Assembly: GCA_963815115.1 (NCBI GenBank)
Contig: CAWFFN010000005.1
Location: 1,088,001 to 1,152,000, forward strand
Length of the DNA: 64,000 nt
Reading direction: 5' to 3'
From: an uncultured delta proteobacterium
Lineage (GTDB): Bacteria; Desulfobacterota; Binatia; DP-6
Shown here one piece after another: positions 22,873 to 31,880 of this stretch; the stretch's first letter is position 1, and each line of letters starts with the position of its first letter. A model generated the notes under the pieces. The model was not told the DNA's origin. It made no database searches and was given only the letters and a program-made list of their open reading frames with translations. The translations under genes and the position numbers were made by a program.

Positions 22873-23064
22873 TTGACCTCCTGGCGCGCGTCGGGCATCT
22901 GGTCCTCCGTGACGTCGTCGTTCGGAGCGCGCTGTCGCTGTACCGAGGCCCGGGGGGCCCTCCGCGCTCGCGGTCGCGTCGCGTTGTCCTTCGCCGAGTA
23001 GCTCGAGCGAACTCCGTCGTGATCCGAAGGCCCGGGAGGCACCCGCCCCCGGGCCTTCGTTTTT
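22873..23064 (+). promoter_or_regulatory. Putative attenuator: promoter, 30-codon uORF and intrinsic terminator
   Basis: TTGACC-N17-CATCTG; GTG uORF at 22909-23001; stem at 23025-23059 followed by T5, about 40 nt before the ATG at 23107. Confidence 0.55.
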
Positions 23065-23106
23065 CCTGTCGGCACGACGTGACGAGTATTCACGGAGGGA
23101 CCCACG

Positions 23107-23499
23107 ATGAGACATGGGCAGCAAGATCCGGCCGTGGCCGGTCCGCTCGATCGGCTGTTCTCGCGCGGCGAGCGGCTCTTGATGCTGGCGGCGCTCGAGG
23201 ACGGCATCCGGACCATCCTCACGGCGACACGCCGGCCGGTCCCGCAGAAGAGGCTCGAGGCGGAGCTCGATTGGCTGACGAGCGACGATCCCCGCCCGCT
23301 GTTCGGCTTCGTGAGCCTGTGCGATTTCCTCGGGATCGACGCCGCCTACCTGCGCGAGCGCGTCCTGGCTTCGCGCTCGCTTCCGCATCGATCTGCCTCG
23401 ACCGCGCACCGTCGAGGACCCGGCGCTGGTCGACCGCATCCGCGGCGTGGTGCGCACGATCCGGCGCGGGACGCAGGAGGAATCCACGCCTTGAGTTGA
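23107..23499 (+). CDS. Small hypothetical protein (ERLLMLAALEDG...FVSLCDFLGID family)
   Basis: Good RBS GGAGG; resembles a paralog-rich uncharacterised family recalled from Binatia/deltaproteobacteria. Confidence 0.7.
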   Translation: MRHGQQDPAVAGPLDRLFSRGERLLMLAALEDGIRTILTATRRPVPQKRLEAELDWLTSDDPRPLFGFVSLCDFLGIDAAYLRERVLASRSLPHRSASTAHRRGPGAGRPHPRRGAHDPARDAGGIHALS

Positions 23500-23526
23500 C
23501 AAACCAGGCGGCGGGCGTAGGCGGGG

Positions 23527-24771
23527 ATGGTGACCGAACGCACGGGCGACGGCATCGATCGGCGTGAGTTCCTGCGTCGCGGCGCCTTGCTCGGACTCGG
23601 TGCAGGGCTCGCCCCGAACGCCGTGCTGGCGGTCAGCAACGCCGAATCGCCCGGCCCGCCGCAGATCCAGGCGCATCGTACGCTCGGGCGAACGGGCCTC
23701 GAGGTGTCGGACATCGCCTTCGGGTCGAGCCGTCTCGGCGAGAACGACGACGACCTCGTCCGGCACGCCTTCGACGCCGGCGTGAACTACTTCGACACCG
23801 CCGAGACCTACAACGGCGGCGCGTCCGAGACCGCCATCGGCAAGGCGCTCCAGGGCGTGCGCGATCGCTGCCTCCTCGCCTCGAAGGTGGAAGCCTCGGC
23901 GTCGGGCCGGCGGTCGGACTTCATGCAGTCGCTCGAGGGCAGCTTGCGGCGGCTCCGCACCGACCACGTCGACGTGTACTTCAATCATGCGGTGAACGAC
24001 GTGGCGCGCATGAAGAACCCGGAGTGGCGCGCCTTCGTCGCGGAAGCGAAGCAGCAGGGCAAGATGCGCTTCGCCGGCATGTCCGGCCATGCCGGACGAC
24101 TCATCGAGTGCCTCGACTACGCCCTCGATCACGATCTGGTCGACGTGGTGCTCGTGGCCTACAACTTCGGCCAGGACCCCGCCTTCTACCAGCGCCTGCT
24201 GCGGGATTTCGACACCATCTCGCTGCAGCCCGAGCTGCCGCGGGTGATCCGCAAGGCCAAGGACAAGGGCGTGGGCGTTCTCACCATGAAGACGTTGATG
24301 GGCGCGCGCCTGAACGACATGCGTCCCTACGAGACGGGCGGGAAGACGTTCGCGCAGGCGGCGTTCCGCTGGGTGCTGTCCAATCCCGCCGTGAGCGGGG
24401 TCGTCATCTCGATGACCAGCCGCGAGCGCATCGACGAGTACCTGGGCGCGTCGGGAGCGTCGGCGCTGCGTGCCGGCGACCTCGTGCTCCTCGCCCGCTA
24501 CCTGGGCATCCAGGGCGACGCCTACTGCCGCCACGGCTGCGCCGCGTGCGAGGATGCCTGCCCCAGCGGGGTCCCGATCGCGGAGGTGCTGCGCACCCGC
24601 ATGTACGCGCGCGACTACGAGGACCTGGCGCTGGCGCGCCGGGAATACGCGCGTCTCGGCGACGGCGCGCGCGCGTGCCTCACGTGCAGCGCGCGGGCGT
24701 GCGCGGGCGCGTGCCCGCATGGGCTCGCCCCGGATGTGCTGGTTCCCGAGGCGCACCCGATGCTCGCGTGA
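23527..24771 (+). CDS. Tat-exported aldo/keto reductase with C-terminal Fe-S Cys clusters
   Basis: RREFL twin-arginine motif, LGRTGLEVS, FDTAETY, CRHGCAACEDACP and CLTCSARACAGACP. Confidence 0.88.
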   Translation: MVTERTGDGIDRREFLRRGALLGLGAGLAPNAVLAVSNAESPGPPQIQAHRTLGRTGLEVSDIAFGSSRLGENDDDLVRHAFDAGVNYFDTAETYNGGASETAIGKALQGVRDRCLLASKVEASASGRRSDFMQSLEGSLRRLRTDHVDVYFNHAVNDVARMKNPEWRAFVAEAKQQGKMRFAGMSGHAGRLIECLDYALDHDLVDVVLVAYNFGQDPAFYQRLLRDFDTISLQPELPRVIRKAKDKGVGVLTMKTLMGARLNDMRPYETGGKTFAQAAFRWVLSNPAVSGVVISMTSRERIDEYLGASGASALRAGDLVLLARYLGIQGDAYCRHGCAACEDACPSGVPIAEVLRTRMYARDYEDLALARREYARLGDGARACLTCSARACAGACPHGLAPDVLVPEAHPMLA

Positions 24772-24885
24772 GCGGGGCCCCGGGCCGCGACATGCCAAGG
24801 GCGGGCCATTCGCGCGGCGGGCCGCTCGACATGCCCCTGCGTGCAAAGTGTCGCAACGGCGATGAGGATGCGGTATCAGTGTCGC

Positions 24886-25473
24886 ATGGCCGACGACCGC
24901 CCTGCCGCAACGTCCTTCACCCGCATGACGGACGCGACGCAGGAGGACTACGCGGTGATCGCCCGGCACTCGCTCGGCTTCATGCAAGGACTGCCCGACC
25001 GTGTCCTCCGTCACCTGTCCCTGCTCGCCGGTGACACGGGTGGATACGCGGTCGACCGGCTGACGCACTGCCTGCAGACCGCCACGCGGGCGCACCACGA
25101 CGGGCGCGACGAGGAGTACGTGACGTGCGCGCTCCTGCACGACATCGGCGACACCCTCGCCAGCATGAACCACTCCGAGCTCGCCGCGGTGATCCTCGAG
25201 CCGTTCGTATCCGAGGAGAACCACTGGATCGTCAAGCATCACGGAATCTTCCAGGGGTACTACTTCTTCCATCACGTCGGGCTCGACCGGAACATGCGCG
25301 ATCGCTACCGCGATCACCCTCACTGGCGCGCGTGCGCGCACTTCTGCGCGGCGTACGACCAGAACAGCTTCGATCCTGCCTACGCCACGCTGCCGCTCGA
25401 ATTCTTCGAGCCCATGGTTCGCCAGGTGTTCAGCGCGCCGAAGCGCTCGATCTACATACCCGACGAAGGGTAG
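24886..25473 (+). CDS. HD-domain metalloprotein (PhnZ/MIOX-like clade)
   Basis: HCLQTATRA, ALLHDIGD, NH, HHGIFQGYY and YDQ motifs. Confidence 0.85.
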   Translation: MADDRPAATSFTRMTDATQEDYAVIARHSLGFMQGLPDRVLRHLSLLAGDTGGYAVDRLTHCLQTATRAHHDGRDEEYVTCALLHDIGDTLASMNHSELAAVILEPFVSEENHWIVKHHGIFQGYYFFHHVGLDRNMRDRYRDHPHWRACAHFCAAYDQNSFDPAYATLPLEFFEPMVRQVFSAPKRSIYIPDEG

Positions 25474-25595
25474 GGCGGTCGGCTGGTCGCCGCCGCGCCG
25501 CCAGATCGACTGCGCGTCTGCCCACCGGTGCTCCGGCAGGATGACGGTGCCGACCCGCAGGCTCGACCCGCCTCCCCGCTTGGTCCAGGCGCGAT

Positions 25596-26471
25596 CTATT
25601 GCTCGTCGCGGTAGGCGGTGAGAGCGCGCATCGGACCGATGTGGACCACCTGCGGTCGCCCGCTGGCGACGTCGAGGCGGCGCTCGGCCGGCGCGTAGCC
25701 CGCGGCGCGCACCGTGATGGAGTGCATTCCTGCCGGAAGCGCGAGCCAGCGATCGTCCAGACCGCGACCATCGACCCAGGGATGCTGGTCGAGGTCGACC
25801 GTGGCGCCGTCGGGGACCTCGCGGAGCTGCACCAGACCATAGGTGGAACCGTAGTCATCGGGAGGTGGCGCCTCGGCTTCGGGGGCCGTGTCGTCCTGCG
25901 GCGCCTCGCCTTCAGGAGGCGGGGCATACTGCGATGGCGCAGCGGCATTCGCATCCGGGGAAGTGTCCGGATCACCCCCGTAGTAGCCGGGAGGAGGATA
26001 GGAGGGGTACGAGGGATCCGAATCCGTCGGATATGCGCCGGGAGCGTACGCGGGCGGGTAGGCGTAGCCGTAGTAGGGGTACGCATAGGGACTGTAGGCG
26101 AAGCCGCCGCCGATGACGACGCCGGGGCCCCGCCTCACCCAAACGGGATGGCCGCCCCAGCCGCCGCCCCATCGTGGGCCCGACCAGCCTGGTCCGTGAC
26201 CCCCGCTCCATCCAGGTCGCGGTCCTCCGGGGGATCGTCCTCCCGGCCCCCGTGCGCCGGGCCCCGGATGCCGTCCACCTCCGTCGAAATGGCCGCCGCC
26301 AGGTCCGCGGCCGGCACCTGGACCTGGTCCGCCACCGTGTCCACCGCCGCCCGGTCCGCCTCCTCCACCGTGACCGCCGCCGTGCGGGCCTCCGAGCGCA
26401 GTGCCGGCGACCGCGAGTGAGAGGGAGAGAGCGCCAGCAGCGATCGACGCGAGACGCGAAGCTGGTTTCAT
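25596..26471 (-). CDS. Secreted Gly/Pro/Tyr-rich protein with C-terminal PEGA-like domain
   Basis: Signal peptide, low-complexity G/P/Y region, PDGATVDLD...LPAGMHSITVRAAGY. Confidence 0.7.
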   Translation of the reverse strand: MKPASRLASIAAGALSLSLAVAGTALGGPHGGGHGGGGGPGGGGHGGGPGPGAGRGPGGGHFDGGGRHPGPGARGPGGRSPGGPRPGWSGGHGPGWSGPRWGGGWGGHPVWVRRGPGVVIGGGFAYSPYAYPYYGYAYPPAYAPGAYPTDSDPSYPSYPPPGYYGGDPDTSPDANAAAPSQYAPPPEGEAPQDDTAPEAEAPPPDDYGSTYGLVQLREVPDGATVDLDQHPWVDGRGLDDRWLALPAGMHSITVRAAGYAPAERRLDVASGRPQVVHIGPMRALTAYRDEQ

Positions 26472-26652
26472 GGCCACGTGCGTCGTCGAACACCCGTGGA
26501 CCGTCGCGGTTACTACGGGATGTCGGCCGCGCTCGCCGTCGCCCGGCGTAGCACATGCGAGGCGCGCGGCGGCCCACCGAGACCAGCCAGCGTCAGGTCG
26601 GGCGCGGAGGTCTCGTGGGGACGGTCCAGCGCCCGCTCGCGGAGACGCCGAC

Positions 26653-27501
26653 TCAGGCGCGAAGCTGCTCGACCAGCGGGGCATGCCGGTCGAGCAAGGC
26701 GAGCACGTCGTCGCGCCCGACCGACGGCACCGGCAGGATGCCGCGCGCGAAGCCGAGGTCGCGCATGGAACGGAGCGCATCCGCATCGCCCGGCGCCCAG
26801 AACAGCGACAGCTCGATGGAGCGCGGGTCGCGTCCCCTGGCGGCCGCCTGCTCGTGGAGCGTGCGGATGGCGCCGGGCAGGTCGGGAAGGGCGAATCCGA
26901 TCGGCACCCACCCATCGCAGTAGTCGACGACGCGCCTCAGGCTCTTGCGCGACGCGCTCCCCAGGATGATCGGTGGATGCGGCTTCTGGAGAGGTTTGGG
27001 GTACTGCCAGATGGGATCGAAGTTCACGAAGGCGCCGTGATACTCCGCCGCCTCCTCGGTCCAGATGCGCTTCATCGCCTCGACGCGTTCGCGCAGCACC
27101 GTCCAGCGACGCCCGAAGGCCGTGCCGTGGTTGCCCATCTCCTCGACGTTCCAGCCCGCTCCGATGCCGAAGAGCACGCGGCCGTTCGACAGCTGGTCGA
27201 GCGACGAGACCTCCTTGGCGGTGGTGATGGGGTCGCGCTCGATGATCAGACAGATGCCGGTCGCGAGCTTGATCGTCCTGGTCACGGCGGCCGCCGCCAT
27301 CAACGCCAGGAAGGGATCGTGGGTGTGCCAGTATTCCTTGGGCAGATCGCCGCCAGCGGGGTAGGGTGTCTTGCGGCTGGCCGGGATGTGGGTGTGCTCG
27401 GGGAACCACACCGATTCGAACCCGCGCTCCTCGCAGGCGCGCGCGAAGTCGTCGGGGCGGATGGTGTAGTCGGTCGGAAAGATGGCGACACCGAGCTTCA
27501 T
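26653..27501 (-). CDS. LLM class (probably F420-dependent) oxidoreductase
   Basis: WFPEHTHIP, DPFLAL, LDQLSNGR and GAGWNVEE motifs. Confidence 0.9.
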   Translation of the reverse strand: MKLGVAIFPTDYTIRPDDFARACEERGFESVWFPEHTHIPASRKTPYPAGGDLPKEYWHTHDPFLALMAAAAVTRTIKLATGICLIIERDPITTAKEVSSLDQLSNGRVLFGIGAGWNVEEMGNHGTAFGRRWTVLRERVEAMKRIWTEEAAEYHGAFVNFDPIWQYPKPLQKPHPPIILGSASRKSLRRVVDYCDGWVPIGFALPDLPGAIRTLHEQAAARGRDPRSIELSLFWAPGDADALRSMRDLGFARGILPVPSVGRDDVLALLDRHAPLVEQLRA

Positions 27502-27588
27502 GGACCACAGCCGTAGCGCGCCCGGCGAGGCGTCGCCAGATGCCGGCATGCTTCGATCGTTCGGACGACCGGAGCTCGGGCCCCGACG

Positions 27589-28263
27589 TCAGGACGTCTG
27601 CGGATGCTTCGCCTGGCGGCGATATTGTGGCGGCACCTCCTGCCAGAGATTGGTCAGGTGCACCACGCCCGCGTCGTCGGTCCAGCGAAAGAGCCGGCCA
27701 GGGTTCGGACGCGCCGGCGAAGTGCTGGTATCGCCGGGGTCCGCCTGTGGGGGGGGCGCCGCCGGGGGGTTGGGAATCCAGACCCACGTATAGGGCGTAC
27801 CGATCCCGTCCCCGCGGCGCTCGTAGCGCCCCGTCGAGAACTCGACGACGTCCGGCATCGGCGGCGCCGCCGGCGGCGCGGGCGGAATCGCCCGGACCTG
27901 CGGCGGCGCGTAGGCCGGCGCGACGTCGTACGTTGCCTGCGAGGGATAGTACGACGGCGCGTCGTACGGGCCCGGGTACGGAGATGGGTAGCCATAGTAC
28001 GGTGACGGATAGCCGTAGTACGGCGACCAGGCCCCGTAGATCCCGATCGGAAGCGGCACGAGGAACGCGCCGAAGGCTCGCGAGCGGAAGAACGGCCGCC
28101 GTGTGAAGGGAGCCCGCATGAAGCTCCTGGGGAACGCGCGGCCTCCCGCGAAGACGTGTCCTCGCGGGCCGCCGAACCGCATCGGAAAGGCCCCGGCCGG
28201 CGCCGGCAGGCCGGTCGCGAGGAGGGTAAGGAAGACGCCCAGTGCCTGCGCGAGCCTCCTCAT
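27589..28263 (-). CDS. Secreted Pro/Tyr-rich protein with DUF4124-like C-terminus
   Basis: Signal peptide, YYGYPSP repeats, LFRWTDDAGVVHLTN. Confidence 0.65.
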   Translation of the reverse strand: MRRLAQALGVFLTLLATGLPAPAGAFPMRFGGPRGHVFAGGRAFPRSFMRAPFTRRPFFRSRAFGAFLVPLPIGIYGAWSPYYGYPSPYYGYPSPYPGPYDAPSYYPSQATYDVAPAYAPPQVRAIPPAPPAAPPMPDVVEFSTGRYERRGDGIGTPYTWVWIPNPPAAPPPQADPGDTSTSPARPNPGRLFRWTDDAGVVHLTNLWQEVPPQYRRQAKHPQTS

Positions 28264-28484
28264 CGGGACGCTTTCTTCCCCGAGAGTAGACCACCCCTGG
28301 AGACCGGTCCAGGGTCAGCGGTGGGTGCTGCTTCCCGCCAGCGGACGCGGGGGTACGCGCGGGTCCACCTCATCGGCCGCACGCCGCGGGCGATACCCTG
28401 CGAGTGCCGACCGAGAACGACAGCGTGGTGGCGCCGACGCCAGGCTGTCCCGGGTGCGGGGAGCCGGCGCCAACGGTCGCGTCG

Positions 28485-28519
28485 CGGGGGCCACGCGGGA
28501 GGTTCCCGCGTGGCCCCCG
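28485..28519 (-). terminator. Strong hairpin downstream of the small lipoprotein gene
   Basis: cgggggccacgcggga-ggt-tcccgcgtggcccccg, a perfect 16-bp stem about 30 nt after the stop. Confidence 0.6.
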
Positions 28520-28551
28520 AACTGCCAATCAGATCGCGACTACGCTGCGGT

Positions 28552-28905
28552 TCAGCCGCCGCGGCGCCGAGTCACTGGCGGCGGCGGAGGCGGAGGCGGC
28601 GGAGGCGGAGGCGGTGGTGCGACCTCTTCCTCCGGGCAGACGAAGTAACCGACCAGCAGCCCGACGAGGCCGCCCGCCACGGCACCGGCTGCAGCACCGG
28701 CGGCGATGTGCCCGTTCGGAACGTCAGGGTTGTTGTCGCGGTTGATGTTCTTCACACCGACGCCGCCGCCGATGGCGCCCGGTATGGCGCCAGCAAGGGT
28801 CGTCACGGCCATGCAAGCTGGCCTGTTCTCCTGCAGGGTCGCGCACCCGCTCAGCGCGACCAAGGCGAGCAACCCTCCTGCCGTCATTCTCACCAGTCGT
28901 CTCAT
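28552..28905 (-). CDS. Glycine-zipper lipoprotein with poly-Pro tail ending in RRRGG
   Basis: LSGC lipobox, two Gly-rich hydrophobic helices, 14 consecutive Pro; RBS GGGGAGAG. Confidence 0.75.
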   Translation of the reverse strand: MRRLVRMTAGGLLALVALSGCATLQENRPACMAVTTLAGAIPGAIGGGVGVKNINRDNNPDVPNGHIAAGAAAGAVAGGLVGLLVGYFVCPEEEVAPPPPPPPPPPPPPPVTRRRGG

Positions 28906-29284
28906 GATGCTCTCCCCTCTCGCGGTTGGTGAAAGCCCTCTGCCATCGACCAAGTCAGATAGCAAGGGCGGGGTGACAATCAAGCTCTTCTACGACCCGC
29001 TCCTCAAGAGTCACACACCAGAAACGTCGGATTCTGGGGGGTCTGTCAACCACAGAAGTGGACATTTTTGTGCCGGTCGTCTGCTCGTGAGGCACGTCCG
29101 GGGCGGCGATTCCAGTCTCGCATCGATGGTGATGGCCCACCGTGCCGGCGGCGGCCCGACCCTGCAACGGCCACCAGCCGGGCCAGGCCCCGCCGCTGAC
29201 GGCCGAGAGGCGGGTTCCGCGGCACCTCTAGCCCGCTAGCGGGGGCTGCTAGGGAGGTCCCGGATCACCAAGCAACCCGAGCCG

Positions 29285-29857
29285 CTACGGTTCGACGACC
29301 ACCGTGGTGCCGAGCTTGATCCGGTCGTACATCGTGACGATGTCGGGGTTCGACATGCGCACGCACCCGTGGCTCACCGCCTGCCCCAGAACCTCGGTCT
29401 TGGCGGTTCCGTGAAAACCGATCGCCCAGCCGTGGTCGAACGCGAACCCGATCCATCGCAGCCCGAGCGGGTTGTTGATGCCCGGGGGAATGCGCCCGCG
29501 ATCGCGCGACTTGCCGGGGTTGTTGAAATCGAACACCACGAAGTCCGGGTTCACGATCATCTCGTTCACCTGGAACTTGCCGGTCGGGGTGGGGTACTGC
29601 GGCCGCCCGATCGCCACGGGGAATCCACCCGCGGGCTGCCGAGCCGGATCGTCGACCACGTAGACCTTCCGCTCGCTGAGCTTCAGGAGGAGATAGGGCT
29701 CCTTGCTGACCGGGGCGGCCGCCGGGCTCGGTCCCATGGTCGCACATCCGACGATGCCGGAAGCAAGCGCAAGGAGCACGGCGCACAGGATGCGCGCTGG
29801 CGAGGCGCTATGGCGCGTGCGTGAGGAAGGAGGCTGGTGTGTGGGTAGGCTCGGCAT
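29285..29857 (-). CDS. L,D-transpeptidase (YkuD/ErfK family) lipoprotein
   Basis: IVGC lipobox, NPLGLRWI, GFHGT and SHGCVRM motifs. Confidence 0.92.
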   Translation of the reverse strand: MPSLPTHQPPSSRTRHSASPARILCAVLLALASGIVGCATMGPSPAAAPVSKEPYLLLKLSERKVYVVDDPARQPAGGFPVAIGRPQYPTPTGKFQVNEMIVNPDFVVFDFNNPGKSRDRGRIPPGINNPLGLRWIGFAFDHGWAIGFHGTAKTEVLGQAVSHGCVRMSNPDIVTMYDRIKLGTTVVVEP

Positions 29858-30014
29858 TGCGATCGTATGCCAGAATCGAGATCGCTTTTGAAGTCTGCGA
29901 TTGCACCGGCCGATCTTTTTCACGCGCAGCCGCTTGAGCTCGCGAAAACCTTTGACTGTGGCATATAGTAGGGACGCGACCCGGTGCGCCCGGGCATGCC
30001 GAAAACCGCCGCCG

Positions 30015-30635
30015 ATGGGCCACCATCTCCTCGCATCGCTTCGTCAGCCCGCGATCCCCGTGCTGATCGCGCTCCTCGCCGGCGCGGCAGTCAGCGGCTG
30101 CGGGGTGGCGGGACCGTCACCGCAATCCGCGAAGCCGGGATCGGCCGGCGCTCCAGGGTCGGCGCCCGGTACGGGGCAGGCCACGAGCGACGGCGGCAAG
30201 ACGAGTCAGAAGGACGGAGAGCTCACGCACCTGGTGCTCCGCCTGGGGGAGCGGCGTCTCTACCTGATGCAGGACGGATCCGGAGCGCCCGCCTCGTCGT
30301 TCCCGATCGCGATCGGCAAAGAAGGCTGGGAAACGCCGACGGGGAGCTTCCAGGTGGAGGAGATGGTGGAGCACCCGGACTTCTTGAAGGTGGACGACAG
30401 CGTCGTCCCCATTCGCGTCATCAAACGGATACCGCCCGGGCCGACCAATCCGCTCGGGGAACGCTGGATCCAGTTCGCGCACGGCGAGGGCTGGACGGTC
30501 GGGATCCATGGAACGCCGAATCCGGAACTGCTCGGTCGCGCGGTGAGCCACGGATGCGTCCGCATGCGAAATGCCGACGTCCTCCGGGTCTACGAGCACG
30601 TCCGCCTCGGGACCCCGGTCATCGTCGAGCCGTAG
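30015..30635 (+). CDS. L,D-transpeptidase (YkuD/ErfK family) lipoprotein
   Basis: VSGC lipobox, NPLGERWI, GIHGT and SHGCVRM motifs. Confidence 0.92.
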   Translation: MGHHLLASLRQPAIPVLIALLAGAAVSGCGVAGPSPQSAKPGSAGAPGSAPGTGQATSDGGKTSQKDGELTHLVLRLGERRLYLMQDGSGAPASSFPIAIGKEGWETPTGSFQVEEMVEHPDFLKVDDSVVPIRVIKRIPPGPTNPLGERWIQFAHGEGWTVGIHGTPNPELLGRAVSHGCVRMRNADVLRVYEHVRLGTPVIVEP

Positions 30636-30769
30636 GCCGCAGGCCGTCGGCAGGCGCGGTCGTCACCATCGCGTACGCCGCCCGCTACCTGCCAGCGGCC
30701 CACGATGCCGGACGTTGCAACCACTGGATGGAACCGGCAGCGTGCGCCCGGAGGTTGCCGGAACCCAGC

Positions 30770-31228
30770 ATGGACGATCGTCCCCGCCCCGAGCACCCGC
30801 CGCTCGACGCCGGCCTCCGGCGGGAGCTCATCGAGCGCTTCAACGAGATCAATCGTGATCGGTTCGGCGGTCACCTCGGCTACCGTCTGGTGGACGTTCG
30901 CCGGGGCTGGGCCCGCATCGATGTCGATTCCACGCCGCAGCTCATGAACCCGTCGGGGGTGATGCACGGCGGCGCCAGCTTCGGCCTCGCCGATTCCGCC
31001 GTCGCGGCCGCCCTGGTGACGATCTACGGGCCCGGCTACGCCTTGCTGACGATCGAGATGAAGATCAACTACCTCGAGCCGATCGTCTCCGGGGTGGTGA
31101 CCGCCGAGGCATCGGTGCTGCGGTCGAGCCGCCGCAGCGCCTACGCCGAGGTGGACGTCTGGGCGGGTGGCAAGCTCGCGGCGCGGGCCTCGACGACGTA
31201 CATGATCCGTCCGCTCGCTCCAGCCTGA
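30770..31228 (+). CDS. PaaI family thioesterase
   Basis: NPSGVMHGG...LAD and TIEMKINYLEP motifs. Confidence 0.9.
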   Translation: MDDRPRPEHPPLDAGLRRELIERFNEINRDRFGGHLGYRLVDVRRGWARIDVDSTPQLMNPSGVMHGGASFGLADSAVAAALVTIYGPGYALLTIEMKINYLEPIVSGVVTAEASVLRSSRRSAYAEVDVWAGGKLAARASTTYMIRPLAPA

Positions 31229-31259
31229 AGCGCCGGCCCGACTTCCTGACGTGAGTGCG

Positions 31260-31880
31260 CTACTCGAGCGGGAGCATCACGTGCTGCCGGAATGCGTCGC
31301 GAGATTTGAGCCGCTCGTACCACGCGAGGACGTGCTCGAGCGGCGCACGGTCGAGGTCGAGGGTGTAGTAGCGATAGCACGCGGCGCCGACCGGGATGTC
31401 GCCCATGGTGAGCCGATCTCCGGCGACGAACTGCCGCCCGCGCAGGTGCCGGTCGAGACGCGCCCAGCTCGCCTTCAGGTTGCTCCCCGCCGCGTCGATC
31501 TGCGCCCGATCGTGTGTTCGCTCGGAGGCCCGGACGAGACCCCAGAAGACGGTTCGCATGTCCGGGAGCAGCGTCGTCTGCTGCCAGTCCATCCACTGGT
31601 CGGCGATCGCCCGCGCCGCGGGGTCGAGCGGCCAGAGCGTTCCGGAGCCGAACTTGGCCGCGAGGTAACGCACGATGACGTTGGATTCCCAGACGACCGC
31701 GTCTCCGTCCTCGAGCGTCGGAATGCGGCGGTTCGGGTTCAGCGCGCCGTATGCGGGGGTATCGAGGCCGCCGAACCCGCGTCCCACGTCGATACGCTCG
31801 TGCGGTAGCCCGAGCTCACCGATCGTCCACATGACCTTCTGGACGTTGCCCGATGTCGCCCTGCCCCAGACCTTGAGCAT
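31260..31880 (-). CDS. Glutathione S-transferase (GstB-like)
   Basis: SGNVQKVMW, LNPNRRIPTL and WESNVIVRYL motifs. Confidence 0.9.
   Translation of the reverse strand: MLKVWGRATSGNVQKVMWTIGELGLPHERIDVGRGFGGLDTPAYGALNPNRRIPTLEDGDAVVWESNVIVRYLAAKFGSGTLWPLDPAARAIADQWMDWQQTTLLPDMRTVFWGLVRASERTHDRAQIDAAGSNLKASWARLDRHLRGRQFVAGDRLTMGDIPVGAACYRYYTLDLDRAPLEHVLAWYERLKSRDAFRQHVMLPLE

Noticed and set aside
28576-28617. GGC/GGA microsatellite as a phase-variation tract
   Set aside because: Mixed synonymous Pro codons in frame, which indicates selection on the peptide rather than slippage
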